Sequence record: SRR31156797_864
Length of the DNA: 32,242 bases
Reading direction: 5' to 3' (one strand)
Shown here: positions 1-10,313 of the stretch, in pieces
How positions within the stretch are numbered: the first letter of the stretch is position 1
Layout: the number at the start of each line of letters is the position of its first letter
Position numbers and translations under genes: made by a program
Notes under the pieces: model-generated
Databases searched by the model: none
What the model was told of the DNA's origin: nothing
What the model saw: the letters and a program-made list of their open reading frames with translations, nothing else

Positions 1-28
1 AACGCTCTATCCGCTGAGCTACAAGTGC
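1..28 (-). tRNA. 5' part of a tRNA, probably tRNA-Arg (runs off the window start)
   Basis: Reverse complement GCACTTG-TA-GCTC-AGCGGATA-GAGC-GTT gives an acceptor stem and a D-arm typical of tRNA-Arg. The anticodon lies outside the window. Confidence 0.8.
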
Positions 29-46
29 ACACAGTAATACTGATGT

Positions 47-74
47 ATTATATCACATTGCAGTAAAAAGTAAA
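47..74 (-). promoter_or_regulatory. sigma-A promoter of the tRNA gene
   Basis: Minus strand reads TTTACT-16nt-TATAAT with an extended -10 (TGaTATAAT), about 19 nt upstream of the tRNA. Confidence 0.6.
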
Positions 75-167
75 AGATTAATTCTGCCAAGTTTTGTGAT
101 ATCGCTGTCATAAAGCACATAAGAACATAAGCCAATATATCATTAGTATGCACTGCTTAAACAATAG

Positions 168-329
168 TTAATATTTTTTTGTAGTAATATCATCATATTG
201 TGCTATCACTTCCTCTTTTTCCCCCTCCTCAATCGATAAGCTCTGTACTAGTTTTCTAAAACCACCCAAAACATTTATTTTACTTGTTGGTATCACAAAA
301 GTTCTAATTGTTCTCTTGTTATTGCTCAT
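168..329 (-). CDS. Small hypothetical protein, 53 aa (MSNNKRTIRTFVIPTSKINVLGGFRKLVQSLSIEEGEKEEVIAQYDDITTKKY), not in the ORF track
   Basis: ATG at 329 with GGGGAG 7 nt upstream (337-342); the frame is open to TAA at 168-170. Confidence 0.55.
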   Translation of the reverse strand: MSNNKRTIRTFVIPTSKINVLGGFRKLVQSLSIEEGEKEEVIAQYDDITTKKY

Positions 330-435
330 AATTAAACTCCCCTATAAAAATATATTAATACAATCTATGCAAAAATGATGATTTGTATGCAATTTTATGA
401 AGCACAAAAAACATCCATAATATTGAAAACTAAAA

Positions 436-464
436 TTTACGAAAACATTTTCGTATGCTAACAT
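436..464 (+). promoter_or_regulatory. sigma-A promoter with an overlapping LacI-type operator, upstream of the GH94 gene
   Basis: TTTACG-17nt-TAACAT with a TG extension. The palindrome TACGAAAA-CA-TTTTCGTA (438-455) overlaps the -35 and spacer. Confidence 0.6.
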
Positions 465-494
465 AACTTCATATTAATTATACGAGGTATAAAT

Positions 495-2903
495 ATGAAT
501 TACGGATATTTTGATAATGAAAAACGTGAATATATTATCACTGACCCAAAAACTCCAACAAAATGGATTAACTACTTAGGAACACTGGACTTCGGAGGAT
601 TTGTCGACCATACAGGCGGTACCCTGATTTGCAAAGGGGATCCTGCAATAAATCGAATCACAAAATACATCCCACAGATGCCCGATTCAGATTTTAAAGG
701 CGAAACAATATACATAAGGATAAAAAAAGATAATGAATATAAAGTCTTTTCTCCTTTTTACGTTCCATGCCTGAATGAATACGAATTATTCGAGACTCAT
801 GTAGGTTTAAGCTACACTACAATATTGTCTATAGTATATGGTATCAAGACATCATGTACATTCTTTGTACCAACTGACAGTAAAAGATTAATTAAAGATA
901 TTACAATTGAAAATACTAACGACTATCCTATTGAAATTGACATAATTCCAGTCACTGAATATACCCACTTCGAAGCTCTTAAGCAGTTTAATAACAACGA
1001 CTGGGTTCCGCAGACTATGCAGTCAAAATGTCATTATGAAGATAATGGATATAAATGTATCTTACAATACGCATTCATGAAAAAAGATGTAGGAATGAAT
1101 TATGTAACATCAAATAAACCAATATCGTCATTTGAAACTGACCGAAAAAATTTCCTAGGTAATGGTGGCTACGGTTCATGGAGACAACCTAAATCATTAG
1201 ATGAAGAGGAATTTAACAATTATGAAGCGCTTAGAGGGGATAATGTCTGTGCTCTAATGCATCATATGGGCATAGTTGCACCAAATGATAAAACAAGATT
1301 AATCATTCAGCTTGGTCAATGTGCAGATATTAATAAAGAAATAAATGAGATAAAAAAATATAGAGATGAAGCTGCAGTCGACAATGCATTATCAGAGCTA
1401 AAAAAATACTGGGACGAATTTCTAGACAATATGCAGGTCGAAACACCTGACATTAATTTCAATACAATGGTCAACATCCACAACCCACGTCAATGCTTTA
1501 TGACAAAGAACTGGTCAAGATATCTGTCTCTCTACCAGCTGGGCTTAGGAGCCAGAGGCATAGGATTCAGAGATAGTTCACAGGATGTACTTGGCGTTCT
1601 ATATTTTATGAAAGATAGTGCAAAGAAATTAATAAAGCAACTCCTTAGCGAACAGCTGATTAACGGAAGTGCCATGCATCAGTTCAATCCTGTTACAATG
1701 GAAGGCAGTCATGGAGATTCTGCAGAAATGGAAGACAGACCAGATTATTATGGTGATGACCATCTGTGGATTATACTTTCTGTATGTGAATATATCAAAG
1801 AACACGGTGAATTTTCATTCCTTGACGAAGAAATTGACTTCTACGATAAGGACAAGAACGAGGAACCGATTGAAAGCGGCTCAGTACTAGAACATCTAAT
1901 TAGAGCAATTGAATTTACTCACGACAATGTAGGACAGCACAAGCTGCCTCTTCTAGGCTTCGCCGACTGGAATGATCCTACTAATTTGCCAACCGGTGCA
2001 GAGTCTGCTTTTCTTGCAAATCTCTATGGTGTAGCATTACAGAATATAATTGAGCTTTTTGAATATCTAAGCGATGAAAACAAAGTGAATAAGTACAAAG
2101 AGTATTATGAAGATATGAAAAGCACTTTTAACCAAGTCTGCTGGGATGGTGATTGGTTTATAAGATATTTTAATCATGACGGCACTTCAATAGGTTCAAA
2201 AGATAACGAGTACGGCAAAATATATACCAATGGTCAGTCATGGCCTGTAATGAGTGGATTTGCATCACCTGAAAATGCAGAACATGCACTAGACAGTGTA
2301 GCAAAATACCTTAATACAGCAAACGGAATAAAATTATCACATCCAGGCTACAATGGTTTCGACCCAGCAAAAGGCGGCATCACTACATATCCACCTGGAG
2401 CAAAAGAAAACGGTGGAATATTCCTGCACGCCAATCCTTGGGTAATGATTGCTGAAACAATACTTGGCAGGGGCAATAACGCCATTAAATATTATAATCA
2501 AATAAATCCTGTTACAAAGAATGATATAATGGAATCCTATGAGCTGGAACCTTATGTCTATGCTCAGAATATTTTGGGTAACGAACATCCTCAGTTTGGT
2601 TTGGCGAGAAACAGCTGGCTCTCAGGTACAGCAAGCTGGACATATCAAGCAGCAACTAAATATATTCTCGGTATTAAGCCAACATTCAGCGGACTATCAA
2701 TTAACCCGTGCATTAGTGAAAACTGGGATAAAATGAACATCAAGAGAAAATACAGAGGCATTAAGTACAACATTAACATCACAAATCCTAAAGGAGTACA
2801 AAAAGGAATCAAGGAAATTACAGTTGACGGAAAAGTAATCAGCGGAAACATCCTGCCAATATCAGATGCTGAGTCCTGTGAAGTTAATGTAATCATGGGC
2901 TAA
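495..2903 (+). CDS. GH94 glycoside phosphorylase (cellobiose/cellodextrin/chitobiose phosphorylase family)
   Basis: N-terminal YGYFD..REY.I..P.TP..W.NYLG, GFRDSSQD, catalytic-loop ADWND, KENGGIF.H and SWLSGTASW motifs; about 800 aa. Substrate cannot be determined from the sequence. Confidence 0.93.
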   Translation: MNYGYFDNEKREYIITDPKTPTKWINYLGTLDFGGFVDHTGGTLICKGDPAINRITKYIPQMPDSDFKGETIYIRIKKDNEYKVFSPFYVPCLNEYELFETHVGLSYTTILSIVYGIKTSCTFFVPTDSKRLIKDITIENTNDYPIEIDIIPVTEYTHFEALKQFNNNDWVPQTMQSKCHYEDNGYKCILQYAFMKKDVGMNYVTSNKPISSFETDRKNFLGNGGYGSWRQPKSLDEEEFNNYEALRGDNVCALMHHMGIVAPNDKTRLIIQLGQCADINKEINEIKKYRDEAAVDNALSELKKYWDEFLDNMQVETPDINFNTMVNIHNPRQCFMTKNWSRYLSLYQLGLGARGIGFRDSSQDVLGVLYFMKDSAKKLIKQLLSEQLINGSAMHQFNPVTMEGSHGDSAEMEDRPDYYGDDHLWIILSVCEYIKEHGEFSFLDEEIDFYDKDKNEEPIESGSVLEHLIRAIEFTHDNVGQHKLPLLGFADWNDPTNLPTGAESAFLANLYGVALQNIIELFEYLSDENKVNKYKEYYEDMKSTFNQVCWDGDWFIRYFNHDGTSIGSKDNEYGKIYTNGQSWPVMSGFASPENAEHALDSVAKYLNTANGIKLSHPGYNGFDPAKGGITTYPPGAKENGGIFLHANPWVMIAETILGRGNNAIKYYNQINPVTKNDIMESYELEPYVYAQNILGNEHPQFGLARNSWLSGTASWTYQAATKYILGIKPTFSGLSINPCISENWDKMNIKRKYRGIKYNINITNPKGVQKGIKEITVDGKVISGNILPISDAESCEVNVIMG

Positions 2904-2936
2904 ATACTCAACTGTCTATAGTTTATAATTCAAATT

Positions 2937-2972
2937 ACACTGTATAGTATTCAATATGCTGTACAGTGTTTT
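2937..2972 (+). terminator. Probable intrinsic terminator of the GH94 gene
   Basis: ACACTGTATAGTATT-c-AATATGCTGTACAGTGT hairpin followed by T residues. Confidence 0.6.
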
Positions 2973-3096
2973 CCTATATTTGTAATCTATAGATTTATGA
3001 TGTTTTATGTATAAATATTTGTTTAAACTCTCTCAAACATGGTTATATTTATACCATATCTAGAGTTCATTTTTTTAGGTGTATAAATAGATCGAG

Positions 3097-4665
3097 GTGG
3101 ATGCTATGGAAAAAAAAAGCAAGAAACAAACTTCTGTTAAACAAAAGGCTATATTTAGCTTTATAAGAATTTTCTTGTTATGTATGTTCTTAACTGTTGG
3201 TCTAACTGTAATAGTCACAACATTAATTCAAAACGGTATGAAACGAGATGTTAATGATAAGTTAACCACAAATCACGATATAGCTCAAATACAGATTGCT
3301 ACCCAGTTTAATAATATAGTAAATGATGCCTTAGTAGTAAAAGGAATTACAACAGAATCCCTTAAGTATTATGATATTGAAGATTCACTCATAAATGTAG
3401 AACTAATCATACAAAGCATGTATGAAGATATTATTGAGAGTACCAGCAAATATGCTTCAATTTCTTACATTGGCATTAATGATGATTATTACTATGCAGG
3501 AAATCCGAAGACCCATGAAGTATCACAATATATGATTGATTTATATCAAAGCAATGCAACAGATGAAGTACCACTTTGTGCATATATCTCCAGATTCAAG
3601 TATTCTTCAGAAACTAAGTCCACAACTTTCACAGTAACAATTCCTGTTTTTGATAAGGATGATGTTTTAGTAGGATATGTAATGATGGAGCCGTATATGA
3701 AATTCATTGTTGACAGTATCAAGGAAGCCATTTCCGATTCCGGGCTTTACTATGACCTTTTTGCAATTGAGAATAGTAATACATATTACGTGTACTCAGA
3801 TTTACATCCCGAGAGAGCAAGTATCTATGACGCTGCTTACGGATATCTCGGACATGAAGTAGATACTATGTTAATCACACAATCAAGCGGCAGCTACAGT
3901 GCCGATAACGGCAAGTCATTCTTTAATATTTTTTCTATTCCAGTATCCAACTACACAGGCGAGAGGCATCAGTATATTGCTCACGGCAATTACGTTATTG
4001 CTATTACTCTATCTAATCAGCAGTACATTGAAAACAGCAGTATTGACAGAACCATTTTGTATCTACTGCACGGAATAATGTTATTAATAGGTATTATATC
4101 TTCTGCAATTCTAACACTTTCATCTTCCCGCAGACGTAAGCAAGCAGCTAAGACTACTAGAATGGCTCAAATTGACAACCTAACAGGTTTATTAAACAGA
4201 GCGTATTTCACAGAAAACTTTGAAAAAGCAATAGAAGATAATCCAAATAATAAATATGCAATACTATTTATGGACCTTGATGGTTTCAAAAATATCAACG
4301 ACTCTTATGGACACGACATGGGTGACAGAGTACTCCACATTGTTGCTAACAGATTGGTTATGTCAGCTAGACGTGATGATTTGATTGCTCGATTCGGCGG
4401 CGATGAGTTTGCAATGCTGATTAGTTACAACAGCATTGATCAAGTAAAATATGTTTCAAATAAGATTGTCAAGGCAATTGGAGAACCAATGATAATCGAC
4501 GAAAATGAGTATCAGATTGGTGCATCTCTTGGTGTCGCAATCTACCCAGATCATGCCAGAACAGTTGACGAACTTTATAAAATCTCTGATAATGCTATGT
4601 ACCGAGTTAAGTATTCCACCAAAAATGCTTACTATATCAGTAAAGGTGACGATGATAACCATTAG
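3097..4665 (+). CDS. Membrane-anchored sensor diguanylate cyclase (extracytoplasmic Cache-like domain plus GGDEF)
   Basis: Two TM segments flank a sensor region. D.LTGL.NR, DLDGFK.INDSYGH..GD and an intact GGDEF preceded by an RxxD I-site (RRDD). The true start may be ATG 3106. Confidence 0.92.
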   Translation: MDAMEKKSKKQTSVKQKAIFSFIRIFLLCMFLTVGLTVIVTTLIQNGMKRDVNDKLTTNHDIAQIQIATQFNNIVNDALVVKGITTESLKYYDIEDSLINVELIIQSMYEDIIESTSKYASISYIGINDDYYYAGNPKTHEVSQYMIDLYQSNATDEVPLCAYISRFKYSSETKSTTFTVTIPVFDKDDVLVGYVMMEPYMKFIVDSIKEAISDSGLYYDLFAIENSNTYYVYSDLHPERASIYDAAYGYLGHEVDTMLITQSSGSYSADNGKSFFNIFSIPVSNYTGERHQYIAHGNYVIAITLSNQQYIENSSIDRTILYLLHGIMLLIGIISSAILTLSSSRRRKQAAKTTRMAQIDNLTGLLNRAYFTENFEKAIEDNPNNKYAILFMDLDGFKNINDSYGHDMGDRVLHIVANRLVMSARRDDLIARFGGDEFAMLISYNSIDQVKYVSNKIVKAIGEPMIIDENEYQIGASLGVAIYPDHARTVDELYKISDNAMYRVKYSTKNAYYISKGDDDNH

Positions 4666-4710
4666 GTATAAGATTAATAGGTTAATAGGTTAATCAGTTA
4701 ATAAAATTTA

Positions 4711-4739
4711 AGGACAGCTATAAAATGACTGTCCTTTTT
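4711..4739. terminator. Terminator between convergent genes
   Basis: AAGGACAG...CTGTCCTT hairpin followed by a T run. Confidence 0.7.
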
Positions 4740-4760
4740 AGTGCAAATTAATACTTTAAG

Positions 4761-5405
4761 TTAATAAACTTCTCTTTCTGATTTCCACGCTAGATATATT
4801 CCATTTGTCTTCTTTTCACTTCCAATAGTTGATGAATTACCATGTCCCGGATGAATGGCTGTATTTTCATTTGTATTGTCAATTATATCGATTACGGAAG
4901 ATTTAAGCATTTCTAAATTACTGGTTGGCAAATCCCACCTGCCTACAGAATTTTCAAATAGAGTATCTCCTACAAACATATCATTTAAATATGTATAGCA
5001 TACGCCGCCAATAGTGTGCCCTGGAGTATACTTGATATATATTCTTTTATCATCTAAGTACAGCATGCTGTTTTCATTAATGGTTCGAACGTCAATCTTG
5101 TCAAAGCTAAATTTTCTTTTAATACCAAAATTATTAAACCCATTCAAATTATCATCAAGCAGTACATCTCTTCCCTTTTCATGGACATACACGGGTACTT
5201 CGAATGCATCAATAGCACCGATGTGATCAAGATGAGCGTGAGTTAATAGTATGCCTTTAACCTTCAGCCTACGACTCTCAACAAAATTTATTATCCGTTC
5301 TTTCTCGCTGCCAGGATCAATTATATAACATTCCGAGCCATTATCAATTATAAAACAGTTTACAGGAATCGCTCCAAACAAAACCAATTTATTCATATTC
5401 TTCAC
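4761..5405 (-). CDS. MBL-fold metallo-hydrolase (glyoxalase II/YcbL-like)
   Basis: THAHLDHIGA, TPGHT, GDTLF..SVGR.DLP and PGHG motifs. Confidence 0.92.
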   Translation of the reverse strand: MKNMNKLVLFGAIPVNCFIIDNGSECYIIDPGSEKERIINFVESRRLKVKGILLTHAHLDHIGAIDAFEVPVYVHEKGRDVLLDDNLNGFNNFGIKRKFSFDKIDVRTINENSMLYLDDKRIYIKYTPGHTIGGVCYTYLNDMFVGDTLFENSVGRWDLPTSNLEMLKSSVIDIIDNTNENTAIHPGHGNSSTIGSEKKTNGIYLAWKSEREVY

Positions 5406-5494
5406 CTTTCAAAGTTTAAATCATTCTATCACTAAATAATATAATAAGTAAAGAAAATAAATAACTAGCAACCTGCCGATGGTTTTCTTTAACT

Positions 5495-5530
5495 AAAAAA
5501 AGAGTTAACTTGCAAATCGCAAATCAACTC
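5495..5530 (-). terminator. Intrinsic terminator of hppA
   Basis: Minus strand GAGTTGATTTGC-gattt-GCAAGTTAACTC followed by a 7-T run. Confidence 0.75.
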
Positions 5531-5546
5531 CTTGTAAATACTTAGT

Positions 5547-7712
5547 TTAGAAAAGAAGACTCCACAAATTGTAGTGACCAAAGATTGAAACTCCAATCAA
5601 TGAAACGGTAGCCATAATTTTAATTAATATATCTAGTGATGGACCTACTGTATCCTTTAATGGATCACCTACTGTGTCACCGATTACTGTAGCTGCGTGT
5701 GTATCACTTCCCTTTTCGTGACCATCAATCTCTCCTGATTCAACATACTTTTTGGCATTATCCCAAGCACCGCCTGCGTTAGCAGTAAACAATGCAAGCA
5801 TAATACCGGAAAGCGTTGTACCGATTAGCAATCCCCCTACGAAGTTGGCTCCAAATATAAAGCCACAGATAATAGGTGTTAAGATTGCAATAAGTGCTGG
5901 AGTTCTCATTTCACTCAATGCACCAGCTGATGATATTTCTATACATGTCTTGTAGTCAGGCTTTTCTTCACCGGTCATAATACCTTTGATTTCTCTGAAC
6001 TGACGACGTACTTCCTGCACCATTTTCCTTGCTGCTTTTGACACAGCATCTATTAGTATACCAGAGAAGAAGAATGGTAGTGCACCACCAACCAAAGCAC
6101 CTGCCAAGGTCAATGGCTCAATGATGTTTAACATCATCTCGTGGGCGTCTACATGTATTGTTGCCTGTGAATGAAGAAAAGAAACCAACAGACTTAGTGC
6201 TGCAAGTGCTGCTGAACCGATAGCGAACCCTTTACCAACAGCAGCAGTTGTATTACCTACTGAGTCTAGTTTGTCGGTTATCTCACGCACTTCAGGGTCT
6301 AGTTTTGCCATCTCGCTGATACCACCTGCATTATCTGCAATTGGACCGTATGTATCAACAGCAACTGTAGCTGCTACGAAGCTAAGCATTCCGATAGCAC
6401 CCATTGTTACACCATAGATACCAGCTAATTTATATGAAATTATTATAACTGCTGATAAAATTATTACAGGGAAAAGTGTTGATCTCATACCAACTGCCAA
6501 GCCGTCAGTAATTGTCAATGCTGCTCCTTCAATAGATGATTTAGCAATCCTTCTGGTTGGTTCAAAGTCATAAGATGTATAGTACTCTGCAATTGCACCG
6601 ATTGCGATACCAGCAACTATTCCAAGCACTGATGCAATCCAAGGTGAAAGCGGACCAGCCGCAAAGCCGATGTTCTTTAGAGCTGCACCATCAACTTGAC
6701 CGAAGAACAAATATGAGAAGATACCATTTGCTACAATAGTAACTGCTGCTGCTGTCCATGTAGCAGTATTCAGCTCTCTGTGAGGCTTGTCAGATACCTT
6801 CTTGAATACCAGGTATAAAATACCTATAACACAGGATAATAAACCAATAGCCGCAAAAATAACTGGGTATTTTATAAGCTTTGTTGTTAAATCATATGTG
6901 TACTTACCACTTTCAATTACAAAATTGTATGCTGCCAGAGCAATACATGCTACGATTGCTCCTACGAAAGATTCCAATAGGTCAGAGCCTAAGCCTGCAA
7001 CATCCCCTACGTTATCACCTACATTGTCAGCAATAGTTGCTGGGTTTCTTGGATCATCTTCTGGAATATGTGCTTCAGTTTTACCAACTAAGTCAGCCCC
7101 CATATCTGCTGCCTTTGTGTAAATACCACCGCCAACACGATTGAACATCGCTATTAATGAGCAGCCAAGTGCATAACCTGAAACTGTCATTGCAAATGGA
7201 ATAATACCGATTCCTAACCAGTTCTCGATAAGTTTCATTTTATCAATATCCAATTGTCCCATTAAGTTACCGAATACAAAGAAAACTATCAGTAATCCAA
7301 GCAATGCAAATCCGCCTACACATAGCCCCATTACTGAACCGCCTTGGAATGCCACTTTTAATGTCTTTCCTAGACTTTTTGTAGTTCTTGCTTCGTTTGA
7401 TACTCTTACGTTTGCTATTGTTGCTATCTTCATACCAACAAAGCCCGCTGTTGCGCTCATTAATGCACCGATTAAAAATGCTACGCCTACATACCAATTG
7501 ACTACTACAGCCAGTAAAATAAATACTACTGCTGCCACGATTGAAATAACTTTGTACTCATGAGAAATAAATGCATTCGCTCCCTCCTGGATAGCTTCTG
7601 CTATTTCCTTCATCTCGTCTGTTCCTGCATCACGTTTTTTAACACTGAAGTAATTATATACTGCTGTCAAAAGCGCAATAGCTACTGCTGCAAATACTAT
7701 TAATGTAAACAT
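5547..7712 (-). CDS. hppA: Membrane-bound ion-translocating pyrophosphatase, K+-dependent, probably Na+-pumping
   Basis: GGGIYTKAADMGADLVGK.E, DNVGDNVGD, GGAWDNAKK and GDTVGDPLKD motifs. GNTTAA (Ala) is the K+-dependence signature. DLLESFVGAIV resembles the Thermotoga Na+-PPase gate. Confidence 0.95.
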   Translation of the reverse strand: MFTLIVFAAVAIALLTAVYNYFSVKKRDAGTDEMKEIAEAIQEGANAFISHEYKVISIVAAVVFILLAVVVNWYVGVAFLIGALMSATAGFVGMKIATIANVRVSNEARTTKSLGKTLKVAFQGGSVMGLCVGGFALLGLLIVFFVFGNLMGQLDIDKMKLIENWLGIGIIPFAMTVSGYALGCSLIAMFNRVGGGIYTKAADMGADLVGKTEAHIPEDDPRNPATIADNVGDNVGDVAGLGSDLLESFVGAIVACIALAAYNFVIESGKYTYDLTTKLIKYPVIFAAIGLLSCVIGILYLVFKKVSDKPHRELNTATWTAAAVTIVANGIFSYLFFGQVDGAALKNIGFAAGPLSPWIASVLGIVAGIAIGAIAEYYTSYDFEPTRRIAKSSIEGAALTITDGLAVGMRSTLFPVIILSAVIIISYKLAGIYGVTMGAIGMLSFVAATVAVDTYGPIADNAGGISEMAKLDPEVREITDKLDSVGNTTAAVGKGFAIGSAALAALSLLVSFLHSQATIHVDAHEMMLNIIEPLTLAGALVGGALPFFFSGILIDAVSKAARKMVQEVRRQFREIKGIMTGEEKPDYKTCIEISSAGALSEMRTPALIAILTPIICGFIFGANFVGGLLIGTTLSGIMLALFTANAGGAWDNAKKYVESGEIDGHEKGSDTHAATVIGDTVGDPLKDTVGPSLDILIKIMATVSLIGVSIFGHYNLWSLLF

Positions 7713-7793
7713 TAATATCCCCCTTATTAAATTTATTAAAAATAAAATTTATTTGTAAAACATATAATCCTGCGTGAGTACGCACCATTTTTA

Positions 7794-7822
7794 ATTATAC
7801 ATAAACCTGTATATGTTTTCAA
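7794..7822 (-). promoter_or_regulatory. sigma-A promoter of hppA
   Basis: Minus strand TTGAAA-17nt-TATAAT. Confidence 0.7.
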
Positions 7823-7935
7823 TACAGTATTTTTGCCAAAAGGTCAAATTTGTTAACAGTTTGAGTTAAATTAGTTATATTATGATATTTTGTGGCAATT
7901 GATTGCCACATATTTCTATTTACAATAGGTAATTT

Positions 7936-8832
7936 TTGTATTATTATTATGGAATGGTAAAATTAAGTGATAAAAATAACATATTAAAAAAGAGTTTATA
8001 TTCTATAAACAAATATATCCAAAAGTTTAATAGTTATCGAGTATTCAACAAATCTGCTGAACTGGCATATTATATGATAATCGGTTTGCTGACTATGTTA
8101 GTAACCTTAGTTTATGCGGCTCACTTTATACCCAATATTATTCAGAATGTAGACCAGCAGTTTCTTACACTGCTGCCAGACCATATAAAGGATATAATGC
8201 TTGATGCACTGCTGCAGATAAAAATTCCTAAGTCTATTTCAGTTATTGCAGCAACCAGTATAATGTCAATATGGTTTGCTTCCAGAGCAATACATTCTGT
8301 AATGATGTCTTTTGATGAAATCTATGGCGGACCAAAAAAACACCAAGTTGGCTTTAAATCAAAAGGATTATCAATTATCTTTACAATCGCATTGTATACC
8401 GTCTTTATCTTGATATTTTCTCTAAGTTTAATAGAGTCATCTATATCCAATTTTATTGAAGAATATTTTAACGTCAAATTCTTCAGCTTTGTAATAGATA
8501 CAAATATCAGCATACTGGTTTCCGTAGGCGTATTAATAATAGTATTCTCATTGATGTATAGGTATCTGCCAACCAGACAGGTGAAAATGCTGGGCTCAAT
8601 CCCTGGTGCAGTTTTTGCCACAGCAGCATGGATATTAATGTCCAAAGGATTTACATTCTACGTAAACAACATTAATAATTTTTCATGGATTTTAGGCTCA
8701 TTTGGCTCAATTTTTATATTTCTAATATGGATATACTACAGTTCATTATTTATTCTTTTAGGTGCAATGATTAATTCATGGATTATGTCATATATTGATA
8801 AAAAAAAGACTAAGGATTCACCCCAGTCTTAA
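7936..8832 (+). CDS. YihY/virulence factor BrkB family inner-membrane protein
   Basis: SAELAYY, about 6 TM helices, YRYLP, PGAVFAT..W and GSFGS...FLIWIY.S....LLGA..N motifs. The start is probably ATG 7954. Confidence 0.88.
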   Translation: MYYYYGMVKLSDKNNILKKSLYSINKYIQKFNSYRVFNKSAELAYYMIIGLLTMLVTLVYAAHFIPNIIQNVDQQFLTLLPDHIKDIMLDALLQIKIPKSISVIAATSIMSIWFASRAIHSVMMSFDEIYGGPKKHQVGFKSKGLSIIFTIALYTVFILIFSLSLIESSISNFIEEYFNVKFFSFVIDTNISILVSVGVLIIVFSLMYRYLPTRQVKMLGSIPGAVFATAAWILMSKGFTFYVNNINNFSWILGSFGSIFIFLIWIYYSSLFILLGAMINSWIMSYIDKKKTKDSPQS

Positions 8833-8857
8833 TTTATTCAAGTTATAAAAGCAATGA

Positions 8858-9040
8858 CTAATCATCCAACTCAACAATTTTTGCTTCAGGAGCATTCTTC
8901 TTGATTGATTCAATACCATTCATGCATGCTGCTTTTGTAGTATAACCTTCACCTGTAGCGATAACTTGTCCGTTACCTGCTTTTAGTCTAAAGCGAAATT
9001 CGCCTCTGCCGTCTTTATAAACTTCAAATTTTCCAGCCAT
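8858..9040 (-). CDS. YegP/DUF1508 family protein (single domain)
   Basis: KFEVYKD..GEFRFRLKA.NGQVIA.GEGY..KA.C.NGIESIK.NA signature; AAGGAGG RBS. Confidence 0.93.
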   Translation of the reverse strand: MAGKFEVYKDGRGEFRFRLKAGNGQVIATGEGYTTKAACMNGIESIKKNAPEAKIVELDD

Positions 9041-9119
9041 TGTGCTGCCTCCTTAAGTTTTTGCTTATACGCCCATTATACCATATATTGATAATTATAA
9101 ACATATATTTTACAAAATA

Positions 9120-10313
9120 TTATAATCTTGATGCAATAGCTTCCATGAATTCAGTTGAATTCACCTTGTTTGTCTCACCAGTTGCCAGGGCTAATAGATC
9201 ACCTGTCATGGTGCCTGATTCTATTGTATCAATAGTAGCCTTTTCTAAGTTTTTAGCAAAATCTACTAATTCAGGAATGTTGTCAAGCTCTCCTCTCTTT
9301 GCCAAGGCTCCAGTCCAAGCATAGATAGTTGCAACGGGATTTGTTGAGGTTGCCTGTCCCTTTAGATGTCTGTAATAGTGTCTGGTAACCGTACCGTGAG
9401 CAGCTTCATATTCATAGTATCCATTTGGTGAAATTAGAACAGATGTCATCATAGCAAGTGAGCCAAATGCTGTAGCAACTAAGTCACTCATTACATCGCC
9501 GTCGTAGTTCATACATGCCCACAGCATACCACCGTCAGATTTAATTACACGTGCAACGGCATCATCAATCAATGTATAGAAATATTCAATACCTGCTTCT
9601 TCGAATTTCTCCTTGTAATCAGCTTCATAAATATCTGCAAACACATCCTTAAACTTATGGTGATAAATCTTGCTTATTGTATCTTTTGTACCAAACCATA
9701 GGTCAATCTTGTTTTCCAAAGCATACATAAAGCAAGCATGAGCAAAGTCATTAATTGAACCTGTATCATTATGCATTCCACGAACAATACCGCCATTATC
9801 CTTAAATTCATAAATTAACTGACGTTCTTCTTTTCCGTCTTTAGTGAAAACCAATTCTGCTTTTGTGCCAGCAGGAACTTCTCTTTCTTCACAGTTATAT
9901 ATATCACCGTATGCATGACGAGCCATTACTATTGGTGAGGTCCACTTTGGAACATAACATTTAATATTTTTAGTCAGGATTGGTGCACGAAACACTGTAC
10001 CGCCTAAGATACCTCTGATAGTACCGTTAGGGCTTTTCCACATCTCCTTAAGTTTATATTCTTCCATTCTTTGTGCATTAGGAGTAATTGTAGCGCACTT
10101 TACACCAACACCGTATTTCTTTATAGCTTCTGCACATTCTATGGTAACTTTGTCGTTGGTTTCATCTCTGTTTACCAACCCTAAATCATAATACTCTGTC
10201 TTTAAGTCAACAAAAGGAACAATCAGCATGTCCTTTATCTGCTGCCAAAGTATTCTAGTCATCTCATCCCCGTCCATTTCGACAATTGGAGTTATCATCC
10301 CAATTTTGCTCAT
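9120..10313 (-). CDS. icd: NADP-dependent isocitrate dehydrogenase (type II)
   Basis: [35 protein letters not shown] and [11 protein letters not shown] motifs. Confidence 0.96.
   Translation of the reverse strand: MSKIGMITPIVEMDGDEMTRILWQQIKDMLIVPFVDLKTEYYDLGLVNRDETNDKVTIECAEAIKKYGVGVKCATITPNAQRMEEYKLKEMWKSPNGTIRGILGGTVFRAPILTKNIKCYVPKWTSPIVMARHAYGDIYNCEEREVPAGTKAELVFTKDGKEERQLIYEFKDNGGIVRGMHNDTGSINDFAHACFMYALENKIDLWFGTKDTISKIYHHKFKDVFADIYEADYKEKFEEAGIEYFYTLIDDAVARVIKSDGGMLWACMNYDGDVMSDLVATAFGSLAMMTSVLISPNGYYEYEAAHGTVTRHYYRHLKGQATSTNPVATIYAWTGALAKRGELDNIPELVDFAKNLEKATIDTIESGTMTGDLLALATGETNKVNSTEFMEAIASRL

Noticed and set aside
4672-4704. Short imperfect 8-bp tandem repeat (GTTAATAG)
   Set aside because: Low-complexity slippage repeat downstream of a stop codon with no spacers; not a CRISPR array.
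7713-7790. Possible Na+-sensing riboswitch in the hppA leader
   Set aside because: Only a small TGCGT/ACGCA hairpin in a short AT-rich leader; no terminator or expression platform visible.
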